Shown here in pieces: positions 46,513 to 54,289 of a stretch of DNA of 57,018 nt. The stretch covers positions 1 to 57,018 of the forward strand of contig JAFUHB010000239.1 of assembly GCA_017469085.1 (NCBI GenBank), written 5' to 3'. The notes beneath the pieces were generated by a model. The model was not told where the DNA came from. It ran no database searches and saw only the letters and a list, made by a program, of their open reading frames with translations. A program made the translations under genes and the position numbers. Origin of the DNA: Clostridia bacterium (GTDB lineage: Bacteria; Bacillota; Clostridia; Christensenellales; Aristaeellaceae). Position 1 is the stretch's first letter; every line of letters begins with the position of its first letter.

Positions 46513-47732
46513 AGAGGATTTTGCTGCTGCTGGCGGCGCTGTGCGCGCTGCTGATGACCGCCTGCGCCCAGGCGGAGCCCGCGCGGAATATTACCGACCC
46601 GGCCACGATCACCGTGTCCCGCATGAAAAGCAAGCTGTTTCAGCTGTTTGACGGCGACCGCACGACCAAATGGGAGGATCAGTATCCCAAGGCTTACCTG
46701 GAATTCGCCAGCCCGGAGCCCTGCTACGGCCTGTATGTGGAAAGCAGCCACAGCATGGAGGGGGTCGTCGTGCAGGCGGTGGTCAACAATACCTGGACCA
46801 CCGTCGTCGATCCCGCCTTCCATTGGAACAACCAGTATTACGCGCTGCCCGGCCTGACCAATTTCCGCCTGTATTCCCCGGACCGGGGGATGCATCTGCT
46901 GGAGGTCCGCATGTATTCGGAGGGGGAGGTCGATCCCACACTGCCCCGCTTTGAGAGCACGGCGGAAAAGGCGGACATGCTGGTGATCGCCTGTCACCCG
47001 GACGACGATATCCTCTGGTTCGGCGGCCTGCTGCCCACCTATGGCGGGGAATTGCAGATGAATGTGCAGGTGGTTTATATGACCGCCCGCTATTCTTACC
47101 GTAAATGCGAGGCGCTGGACGCGCTGTGGCATTGCGGGCTCAGGTATGGGCCGGTGTTCGCCCCCTATGTGGACGATCCGCGCCTCAAGGTCAACGAGAC
47201 GCTGGAAAAATGGGGCGGCCGCCAGAACGTGATCCACTATATCGCCCGGCTGATCCGCACCTATCAGCCGGAGGTGGTCGTCACGCAGGACGAAAAGGGC
47301 GAGTACGGCCATGCCCAGCACCGCGCCATGACAGCCTGCGTCACCGCGGCGGTCCAGGAGGCGGCCGATGCCGGCAATAAGGCGCTCAGCAAGCTGCCGG
47401 CCTGGGAGGTCAAGAAATATTATATCCACCTGTACGGAGACGATCCGCTGGCCATGGATTGGGAAAGGCCGCTGTCCCGCTTCGGCGGCAAAACGGCGCT
47501 GGAAATCGCGCGGGAGGCCTTCCTGAAGCACGCGTCCCAGCAGAACGGCCGCTATTCCGTGGAGGTCAGCGGCCCGCTGGACAGCCGACTGTTCGGCCTC
47601 AAATATTCCGCGGTGGGCGAGGATGAAAACAAGAACGGGTTTTTTGAGCATATTCCCGGCCTTTATGAAAAGGAGCTGAGCCTGAACCAGCAGCCCGTAC
47701 CGCAGCAGGAGGCGCAGGATGACGCGGCGTGA
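46509..47732 (+). CDS. Secreted PIG-L/LmbE-family deacetylase with an N-terminal beta-sandwich domain (paralog of 3702-4877)
   Basis: Lipobox-like signal (LLMTAC). ADMLVIACHPDDDILWFGG and GEYGHAQHR motifs. Colinear with the 3702-4877 product. 4-nt overlap with the amidase gene. Confidence 0.78.
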   Translation: MKRILLLLAALCALLMTACAQAEPARNITDPATITVSRMKSKLFQLFDGDRTTKWEDQYPKAYLEFASPEPCYGLYVESSHSMEGVVVQAVVNNTWTTVVDPAFHWNNQYYALPGLTNFRLYSPDRGMHLLEVRMYSEGEVDPTLPRFESTAEKADMLVIACHPDDDILWFGGLLPTYGGELQMNVQVVYMTARYSYRKCEALDALWHCGLRYGPVFAPYVDDPRLKVNETLEKWGGRQNVIHYIARLIRTYQPEVVVTQDEKGEYGHAQHRAMTACVTAAVQEAADAGNKALSKLPAWEVKKYYIHLYGDDPLAMDWERPLSRFGGKTALEIAREAFLKHASQQNGRYSVEVSGPLDSRLFGLKYSAVGEDENKNGFFEHIPGLYEKELSLNQQPVPQQEAQDDAA

Positions 47733-48630
47733 TGTCTCCGGCTTTTCGATTCGCGAAATGACGCAGGAGGACGGGCAGGCCGTTTTAGCCATCTACGCCC
47801 AGGGGATACGGGGCAACCTGGCGACGTTTACGGCGGACGTTCCCGACTGGGAGACCTGGGACCGGGCGCATCGGCCCGACTGCCGCCTGGTGCTGACGGA
47901 GGAAGGCCGGGTGGTGGGCTTTGCCGCCCTGATGCCGGTCAGCGCCGCGGCTGGATATGCGGGCGCGGCGGAGGAGAGCGTCTACCTGGACGCCTCCGCC
48001 GTAGGCCGGGGAGGCGGGAAGGCGCTCCTCGCCGCGCTGATCGAGACGTCGGAGGCTGCCGGCGTCTGGACGCTGGAGGCGGTCATTACCGCGGAAAACC
48101 TTCGGTCCATCGCGCTGCATCAGGCCCTCGGCTTCCGCGTGGTCGGCCGCCGGGAGCGCCCCGGCTTTACCCCGGACGGCGTTTGGCACGATACCGTGAT
48201 CCTGGAGCGCAGGAGCCGCCGGGTGCGGCCGGACGGGCTCAGGGACGTGCCGGACGCGCTGCGTCTGACGCTGCTGCCCCAGCTGTTTTGCGTGGCCAAG
48301 CTTCCCCTGGGCGCCAGCATGCCCGATGTTCCCGGCATCCTTGTGTTTGCCGAAACGGGGACGGAAACCTCCTTCCTTTGCGAGGAGCGCTTCCTGCCGG
48401 AAACGGCCCTGGACCGGGAAACCGGCTTTCGCGCCTTCCGGGCGGAGGGGCCGCTCGATTTTTCCCTGACCGGCATCCTGGCCGATATCACCGCCCAGCT
48501 GGCGGCGGCCCAGGTGTCCGTATTCGCCGTTTCCACCTTCGATACCGATTGGGTTTTGGTCCGGCAGGAAAAGCTCCGGCAGGCGATCAGGGCCCTGGCC
48601 GGAGGGGGGTATCGGTTAATTCAGGAGTAA
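47719..48630 (+). CDS. GNAT acetyltransferase (phosphinothricin-acetyltransferase-like) fused to a C-terminal ACT-like domain
   Basis: N-terminal IREMTQEDGQAVLAIYAQGI ... VYLDASAVGRGGGKALL ... NLRSIALHQALGF. C-terminal about 120 aa (FCVAKLP ... FSLTGILADITAQLAAAQVSVFAVSTFDTDWVLV) resembles ACT_7-type domains. Confidence 0.75.
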   Translation: MTRRDVSGFSIREMTQEDGQAVLAIYAQGIRGNLATFTADVPDWETWDRAHRPDCRLVLTEEGRVVGFAALMPVSAAAGYAGAAEESVYLDASAVGRGGGKALLAALIETSEAAGVWTLEAVITAENLRSIALHQALGFRVVGRRERPGFTPDGVWHDTVILERRSRRVRPDGLRDVPDALRLTLLPQLFCVAKLPLGASMPDVPGILVFAETGTETSFLCEERFLPETALDRETGFRAFRAEGPLDFSLTGILADITAQLAAAQVSVFAVSTFDTDWVLVRQEKLRQAIRALAGGGYRLIQE

Positions 48631-48665
48631 TGCATTTGATGAGCGGCGGCTGATTGCGGCCGTGT

Positions 48666-48995
48666 TTATGACACTGTTTTTGACCATGAATGCCCGCAAT
48701 GCTGGCAAGTATATACAGTGGTGTAGACGATTGTATTGACAGTCGCACTGGTCGTGGTTGACTTTCCGACGTACTTTTTTCTATGGAATATCTTGACGAG
48801 CAGCCGGGGAATAAACAGAAAAACCCACAGGAACAAATCAACGATCCACCACCACCAACCGATAAAGAGCCACCAGAAGAAACCGTGGCCCTTTTCTTTG
48901 TATTTGGATTTTGTTTTGGAATGAGTAACGGAGCCCCGATTTTCCTGATAGGTTTGCACAGAAACCTGATCATTTCCGCATTTCGGACAGGTCAT
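48666..48995 (-). CDS. Small membrane protein with split CxxC zinc-ribbon halves flanking a Trp-rich hydrophobic segment
   Basis: MTCPKCG ... FFWWLFIGWWWWIVDLFLWVFLFIP ... CQHCGH. Sits in a low-GC islet. AGGAG SD 11 nt from ATG 48995. Confidence 0.6.
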   Translation of the reverse strand: MTCPKCGNDQVSVQTYQENRGSVTHSKTKSKYKEKGHGFFWWLFIGWWWWIVDLFLWVFLFIPRLLVKIFHRKKYVGKSTTTSATVNTIVYTTVYTCQHCGHSWSKTVS

Positions 48996-49034
48996 AGTAT
49001 TTTTTGCTCCTTTCAAAAGAACATATGCAAATTG

Positions 49035-49063
49035 ATGATATGACTAATTGTCATATTTGTCAA
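49035..49063 (-). promoter_or_regulatory. Promoter of the zinc-ribbon membrane-protein gene (TTGACA-17-TATCAT), embedded in TGTCA repeats
   Basis: On the minus strand, TTGACA (plus 49058-63), 17-nt spacer, TATCAT (plus 49035-40). The flanking TTGTCAtatTTGTCA and TGACAaaaTGTCA repeats are probably the XRE operator. Confidence 0.5.
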
Positions 49064-49100
49064 CGGCTTTCATGACAAAATGTCATGGGAGGACTTGCAT

Positions 49101-49301
49101 ATGGAAACCCGGTTGAAGGAGTTGAGAAAATCAAAAGGCATCACACAAATTGCCTTGCAAATATCGACCGGCATTGATCAGGCCCTTCTCTCGAAATACG
49201 AAAACGGACAGAGAGTGCCGACACTGGAAGCAATGATTGCACTGTCGGATTATTATCAAGTCAGTATCGATTACATATTGAAACGCTCAGATCAGCCTTG
49301 A
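49101..49301 (+). CDS. XRE-family helix-turn-helix transcriptional regulator
   Basis: 66 aa, LKELRKSKGITQIALQISTGIDQALLSKYENGQRVPTLEAMIALSDYY (HTH_3). GGGAGG SD. Divergent from the membrane-protein gene. Confidence 0.85.
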   Translation: METRLKELRKSKGITQIALQISTGIDQALLSKYENGQRVPTLEAMIALSDYYQVSIDYILKRSDQP

Positions 49302-49389
49302 TACAGAAGGCAGAATGAAAGCCACAGGCAAGCCGCGAAAACGCAGCAGCCCTGGGGCTTATATGTTGATGGAAGAGCGATTGTGTTTT

Positions 49390-49602
49390 TCAGTTCTCCT
49401 GCTCGGCCAGATAAGCGTTCAGCTGATCCACGACCTCGTCGGGATCGGCGCCGTGGGCGGCGCAGGCCTGCTCGACCGACTCCATCATGGAGAAGGGGCA
49501 GCCCAGGCAGGTCATGCCGAAATCCATGAAAACGCGGGCGGTGCCCTTATCCAGGCTCAGCACTTCGTTCAGGGACATTTCGCGGGTAACGGTTTTTTCC
49601 AT
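49390..49602 (-). CDS. DUF1858 domain protein (hybrid-cluster-protein-associated redox disulfide family)
   Basis: 70 aa, MSLNEVLSLDKGTARVFMDFGMTCLGCPFSMMESVEQACAAHG. AGGAGG SD before ATG 49602. TTTACA-17-TATAAT promoter on the minus strand at about 49630-49660. Confidence 0.8.
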   Translation of the reverse strand: MEKTVTREMSLNEVLSLDKGTARVFMDFGMTCLGCPFSMMESVEQACAAHGADPDEVVDQLNAYLAEQEN

Positions 49603-49792
49603 GGGGATGGGTCCTCCTGATTGATGATACGCAGCTATTATAAACCAGGCAGCGCAGAATGTAAATCTACAATTTTGTAACAATTGATAATAAATCAACA
49701 ACAAAATCGAAATAATTGTTTACGAATCCTATCAAATATGGTATACTGGCTGCAAATACCCAGCCGCGGTCATGTCGAAAGGGGCGAACATC

Positions 49793-52405
49793 ATGCGAAG
49801 CGGAAAGCGGTACGCTTTTTTGAGCGTTTTTATGGCGGTCCTGTTGGCGCTGTCCGGGACGGCCTTTGCGAAATATGATACGCTGCGCGTTGGCGACAGG
49901 AGCGACGAGGTGGCGGTCATGCAGCTGGCGTTGAACCTGGTCGGCTACAGCATTGATGTGGACGGCGCGTTCGGCCGCAACACCAAGGCGGCCGTGCTGG
50001 CCTTCCAGAAGGACCAGGGGCTCAAAGTGGACGGCCTGGCCGGAGACCAGACGCTGACCCGCCTTTATGAGGCGGCCGGCGAGGGCCTGGCCCAATGGCT
50101 GGCCGAGCAGGGCTACGAGATCGGCGAGATTCCCCAGGCTACGGCGACGCCCGTACCGATTTCGGGCGGGTATACGACGCTCAGCCTGGGCAGCAGCGGC
50201 CCGGCGGTGGTCGAACTGCAGCAGATGCTGATCACGCTCGGCTATTCCCTGACGGCGGACGGCAGCTACGGCACGGTGACGGAGGCCGCTGTGCGCCTGT
50301 TCCAGCAGGAATACGGCATCCAGGCGGACGGCGTCGCGGGCACGCAGACCCAGGCGCTTTTGAACGCCCTGACCAACAATGTGACCACCACCGCCCGGGT
50401 GGAGACCACGGGCGGCACCCTGACGCTGCGCAAGGAGCGCAGCACGAATTCGACCGCGCTGACCGTGATCCCCTTTTTGACGGTGGTCCCGGTCCTGCAG
50501 CGGGGCAGCACCTGGTGTCAGGTGTCCTACGGCGGGCAGACGGGCTATGTGCTGACCCGCTACCTGAATTTCAATTATCAGGGCTCCGCCTTGCCGACCG
50601 CCGCCGCAACGGCCACGCCCAAGCCTACCCAGGCGCCCAAGCTGACCGCCCGGGTGGAAACGCCCAAGGGCGGCACCCTGACCCTCCGAGAAAAGCGCAA
50701 GACCAACTCCGCCGCCCTGCGCCTGATCCCCAACTGGACGATTTTGACGGTGCTGGAGCGGGGCAGCACCTGGTGTACCGTGAGCTTTAACGGGGACACC
50801 GGATATGTGCTGACCAAGTACCTGAATTTCGCCTATACGACGTCGGTCAATACGCCGGTGCCGCAGGCCACAGCAACGCCCGCGCCCAGCGAATATTACC
50901 TGGCGACGGTCTTGACGGACAAGGGCTCCCTCAATTTCCGCACCCAGCCCAATACCTCCGCGAAGGTTATCATGACCATTCCGCGGGGCACGAGCGTGGT
51001 GGTGACGGAGCGCGGCTCGGTTTGGAGCGCGATCACCTACGGCGGATATAACGGCTACGTGATGACCGCTTACCTGAGCTTCGGCGCCGCGACGGCGGCC
51101 CCCACGGCCACGGCGACCCCGGCGCCCGCGGTGTATACCGTGCGGGTCAAAACGTCGGGCAGCTCGCTGAATATCCGCGACGCCGCCACCCAGACGGGCA
51201 GCGCGGTGCTGACGTCGGTCGCCAACGGCACGTTCCTGACGGTGCTGGAGAAGGGCGAGGTATGGAGCCGCGTTTCCTATGGCGGTTACACCGGCTACGC
51301 GATGACCCAGTATCTGGATTTCAGCGGGGATATCTGGACCGCGACGGCGGTCCCGACCGCCACGCCCACGCCGACCCCGTCGGCAAGCGGCTACGACACC
51401 TCGATTTTTACCCGCACGCTGCGCTCCGGCTATACCGGCGCGGATGTTACGGCCCTGCAGCAGCGCCTGCAGCAGCTGGGCTATCTGACCGCTGTGAGCG
51501 GGACCTATGATACGGCGACGGTCGCCGCCGTGCGCGTGTTCCAGACCGCGCACAGCCTGACGGTGGACGGCCTGGCGGGCAAAAATACGCTGACCACCCT
51601 CTTCTCCGCGAGCGCGCAGGCATATACCGCCGACCTGGACAGCTATACCACCATGCACATTTATTACCGGGACAACGTGCCGAGCGTTTCCCGGGTAACG
51701 CCGATGCAGCAGGCGCTGCTTAACCTGGGCTATGTGGTCACGGTGAACGGCTCCTTTGACGAGCTGACGCACAACGCCCTTGTGCAGTTCCAGATGCGCA
51801 ATAACCTGACCCCCAGCGGCGCGGCCGATCCCGCGACCCAGCGGCTGCTGTTCAGCGGCACGGCCAACGGCGCGACGGCGACGCCCGCCGTTTCCATCGG
51901 GGCCAGCGACGGGCTGATGGCCCTCCCGGCGACGGAGAGCATCCAGCTGCTGCGCTGGTATGACCTGAAGGACGATCAGGGGAACGTCGTCGCCAAGGGC
52001 GTCAAAACGCAGATCAAGACGGGCGATACCCTGCTGATCCTGGATCCGCTGACCGGTATTTCCTGGAACCTGCGCGTTTATTCGCGGGGCCATCACGCGG
52101 ATTCCGAGCCGCAGACCCTGCGGGATACCCTGCTGATGAACAAGGCCTTCGGCCGGACCAGCTGGACGGTGCACACCGTTTATGTGCAGCTGCCGGACGG
52201 CCAATGGACCATGGCGACCATGCACAACCGGCCCCACCTGAGCGGATCGATCTCCGCCAACGGCTTTGACGGGCATTTATGTGTACACTTCCTGCGCACC
52301 TATGCCGAGACCACCAGCGACGGGGATACCGATTACGGCATGACCAATCAAAGGACCCTGCGTCAATCCTGGAAAAACCTGACGGGCGAGGATATCACGG
52401 AGTAA
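49793..52405 (+). CDS. Secreted cell-wall protein: 4 PG_binding_1 domains, 4 SH3b domains and an uncharacterised His/Cys-containing C-terminal domain
   Basis: Signal peptide. VDGAFGRNTKAAVLAFQ-type PG-binding repeats (2 N-terminal, 2 after the SH3 block). SH3b repeats ending in GYV(L/M)T.YL.F. C-terminal 162 aa with RGHHADSEP and NGFDGHLCVHF. ATG 49793 with an AAGGGG SD. Confidence 0.8.
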   Translation: MRSGKRYAFLSVFMAVLLALSGTAFAKYDTLRVGDRSDEVAVMQLALNLVGYSIDVDGAFGRNTKAAVLAFQKDQGLKVDGLAGDQTLTRLYEAAGEGLAQWLAEQGYEIGEIPQATATPVPISGGYTTLSLGSSGPAVVELQQMLITLGYSLTADGSYGTVTEAAVRLFQQEYGIQADGVAGTQTQALLNALTNNVTTTARVETTGGTLTLRKERSTNSTALTVIPFLTVVPVLQRGSTWCQVSYGGQTGYVLTRYLNFNYQGSALPTAAATATPKPTQAPKLTARVETPKGGTLTLREKRKTNSAALRLIPNWTILTVLERGSTWCTVSFNGDTGYVLTKYLNFAYTTSVNTPVPQATATPAPSEYYLATVLTDKGSLNFRTQPNTSAKVIMTIPRGTSVVVTERGSVWSAITYGGYNGYVMTAYLSFGAATAAPTATATPAPAVYTVRVKTSGSSLNIRDAATQTGSAVLTSVANGTFLTVLEKGEVWSRVSYGGYTGYAMTQYLDFSGDIWTATAVPTATPTPTPSASGYDTSIFTRTLRSGYTGADVTALQQRLQQLGYLTAVSGTYDTATVAAVRVFQTAHSLTVDGLAGKNTLTTLFSASAQAYTADLDSYTTMHIYYRDNVPSVSRVTPMQQALLNLGYVVTVNGSFDELTHNALVQFQMRNNLTPSGAADPATQRLLFSGTANGATATPAVSIGASDGLMALPATESIQLLRWYDLKDDQGNVVAKGVKTQIKTGDTLLILDPLTGISWNLRVYSRGHHADSEPQTLRDTLLMNKAFGRTSWTVHTVYVQLPDGQWTMATMHNRPHLSGSISANGFDGHLCVHFLRTYAETTSDGDTDYGMTNQRTLRQSWKNLTGEDITE
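50393..50902 (+). repeat. Tandem 255-bp coding repeat (SH3b modules 1 and 2) with high nucleotide identity
   Basis: GCCCGGGTGGA(G/A)AC ... CGGGGCAGCACCTGGTGT ... TACCTGAATTTC recurs with a 255-bp period, starting at 50393 and 50648. Confidence 0.7.
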
Positions 52406-52438
52406 AGGGCAACGATACCAAGAGGGGAGGAAACGCGG

Positions 52439-52855
52439 ATGCGCGATAAACTGGATAAGCCGATCAAGCTGACGACCTTCCTGGTCGTGCTGCTGGCGCT
52501 GGCGGTCGTGGCCGCGCTGCTGATCCGCCGCCAGAACAGCGATATCGCCTCCCTGGAGGCTGTCAAAAAGACGCTCAACGAACAAAAGCTCGAGGTTTAC
52601 CAGGCCCGCAGCGAACGCACGCGCGAGGTCAATATTGCCGATACCGCGGAGTATGTCGCGCAGCGTGCCCGGGAGAACGGTTATTTGATGCCCGGCGAGA
52701 TCCGCTTTGTGGTGATCAACCCGGAGATGCTGGTGGAGGGTGAGATCGGCTACGTGCCCGAGGTAGAGGTCGTCGCGGAAGCGCCGGCAGCCGGGGCTGC
52801 TCCCGATTTCACGGAGGAAGCGGCGTCCGCGCCCGAGACCGAGGTCCAGCCATGA
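52439..52855 (+). CDS. Septum formation initiator family protein (FtsB/DivIC-like)
   Basis: 138 aa, one TM helix, a short coiled coil, then the YVAQRARENGYLMPGEIRFVV motif typical of DivIC/FtsB. Confidence 0.7.
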   Translation: MRDKLDKPIKLTTFLVVLLALAVVAALLIRRQNSDIASLEAVKKTLNEQKLEVYQARSERTREVNIADTAEYVAQRARENGYLMPGEIRFVVINPEMLVEGEIGYVPEVEVVAEAPAAGAAPDFTEEAASAPETEVQP

Positions 52856-53760
52856 ACGCGGCGGCGATCGCGATCGGCTCCAATTCCACCCGCTTGCTGG
52901 TCCGCCTGGACAACGGACGGGAGCACCGGGGACGGGAGGATACCCGCCTGTTCCTGGGGCTGGACAATGGAAAAGACCTGACCGAGACCGCCATGAACAA
53001 CACGGCGCAGGCTGTCCTGCGCCTCAAAAACATCGCCTGCGCCATGGGCGCGGAAAATGTTTTGCTCTGCGCGACCAGCGCGGTGCGCGACGCCGGGAAC
53101 TCCTTGGAGTTTGCCCGGCGTTTATTTGAAACGAGCGGGCTGCGCCTGCGCGTGATATCGGGGCTGGAGGAGGCCGAGCTGGCCTTTGAGGCGGCCTCCC
53201 GCGGGCGGGACTGCGCCGTGCTGGATATCGGCGGCGGCTCGTCCGAGCTGACCTACGGCAGCGCCAACCACCTGCTGGACGCCGTGAGCGCCCAGGAGGG
53301 CGCAAGCCGGCTGTTTAGGCGGGAGGGGCCGATCCAAAGCTGGGAGGACGCGGAGCGGGCGCTCTCGGCAGTCCGGGGCCGCCTGAAGGCCGCCTATGCC
53401 CGGCTGCTTGAGCTGCCGAGGCCGGAGCGGCTGATCGCCATCGGCGGCACCGCGGCGACGCTGGCGGCCGTCACCCAGGGGGTACATTCCCACGGCGAGG
53501 AGCTCGAGGGAACGCAGGTGACCCTGGGGGAGACCTATGCCCTGCTGCAGCGCGTCGCGCCCATGACGCCCGAGGCCCGCGCCGGGATCCCTGGGCTCTA
53601 CGCCTCCCGCGCCGCGATCATCCCCCACGGGCTCTGCATCCTGATCGCCGCCATGGAGCTGACCGGCTTTCCCGCGCTGACCGTTTCCGTTCACAACAAT
53701 CTCGACGCCGTCGTTACCCGGATGCGCGCCGGCCTGCACCCGCCGGGGCGGGAAGGATAA
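52852..53760 (+). CDS. Ppx/GppA-family phosphatase (exopolyphosphatase-like)
   Basis: AIAIGSNSTRLLV and VLDIGGGSSEL ASKHA-fold phosphate motifs. 4-nt overlap with the upstream gene. Confidence 0.8.
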   Translation: MNAAAIAIGSNSTRLLVRLDNGREHRGREDTRLFLGLDNGKDLTETAMNNTAQAVLRLKNIACAMGAENVLLCATSAVRDAGNSLEFARRLFETSGLRLRVISGLEEAELAFEAASRGRDCAVLDIGGGSSELTYGSANHLLDAVSAQEGASRLFRREGPIQSWEDAERALSAVRGRLKAAYARLLELPRPERLIAIGGTAATLAAVTQGVHSHGEELEGTQVTLGETYALLQRVAPMTPEARAGIPGLYASRAAIIPHGLCILIAAMELTGFPALTVSVHNNLDAVVTRMRAGLHPPGREG

Positions 53761-53827
53761 AATTCTCTCTTCTGTCAAATCTACATCACAGATCTTTCAG
53801 GGGTTTTGTACAGTGTCCCGGTGATTC

Positions 53828-53856
53828 TTGACAAAAGGAACGCCCGATTTTATAAT
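53828..53856 (+). promoter_or_regulatory. Consensus sigma-70 promoter of the hisS-aspS leader (TTGACA-17-TATAAT)
   Basis: TTGACA 53828-53833, 17-nt spacer, TATAAT 53851-53856. Confidence 0.8.
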
Positions 53857-53862
53857 GGCACC

Positions 53863-54289
53863 GCCGCACAATACGGCGGACTCTCAGTTCGCCATTGTCG
53901 TGTAGACTGCTATGCAGTCTACACTCTGTGGCTCACTGGGACTCCTCCCGCCTTCATCGTCCACAGGACGCGGCGGGATACGTCCCATCTGGCACACGTC
54001 TTTTTCGCTCTGATATTGCCTCATTCCGGTCGACGTAGCGCTGCTACCACAATTCGCCATTGTCGGCCCGCGGCGCTGCCGCTTGCGGTCCTCTGTGGCT
54101 CATTGGAGCTCCAACCGCCTTCATCCCACACTGTGGGCGGCGGTTTCCGCTCCCTCCATACGACTTCATCAGACCAAAAAAACCATGCGCCATCTGACCA
54201 CTTTAATTATGCGGTGTTGCCATAATGTTTTTCGGCTGTTCGGCCAGGCCGGACAGCGGGAAAACGCGACCGGACCGGGAGGTTTTTTG
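53863..54289 (+). ncRNA. Long structured 5' leader of hisS with two tandem ~165-nt units (unit cores 53888-53987 and 54052-54155); class unknown, not a T-box
   Basis: Both units share invariant TTCGCCATTGTCG, CTCTGTGGCTCA(C/T)TGG and CCGCCTTCATC...CGGCGG. Three helices differ in sequence but keep pairing: GGGAC/GTCCC vs GGAGC/GCTCC, TCCCGCC/GGCGGGA vs AACCGCC/GGCGGTT, and CGTCC/GGACG vs CCCACA/TGTGGG. Confidence 0.6.

Noticed and set aside
49650-49690. TACAA-tt-TTGTA inverted repeat near the DUF1858 promoter, as a possible HcpR/Rex-type operator
   Set aside because: It has only 5-bp arms in an AT-rich region, so a chance occurrence is likely, and it does not match a specific consensus I can state confidently.
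49667-52276. 869-aa ORF on the minus strand, opposite the PG-binding/SH3 gene
   Set aside because: It is Arg/Gly/Pro/Ala-rich and low in complexity, with no SD and no recognisable domains. It is exactly antisense to a gene with clear domain homology, so it is a typical high-GC shadow ORF.
53806-54225. 139-aa ORF covering the hisS leader
   Set aside because: It starts upstream of the consensus promoter and has no SD. Its internal repeat simply mirrors the nucleotide-level tandem RNA units, and substitutions between units preserve base pairing rather than amino acids.
53863-54289. Expected T-box riboswitch upstream of hisS
   Set aside because: No match to the conserved T-box 14-mer (GGUGGNACCGCG) and no terminator/antiterminator alternative. 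The U-run at 54000-54005 is not preceded by a convincing GC stem, so I did not call it an attenuator either.
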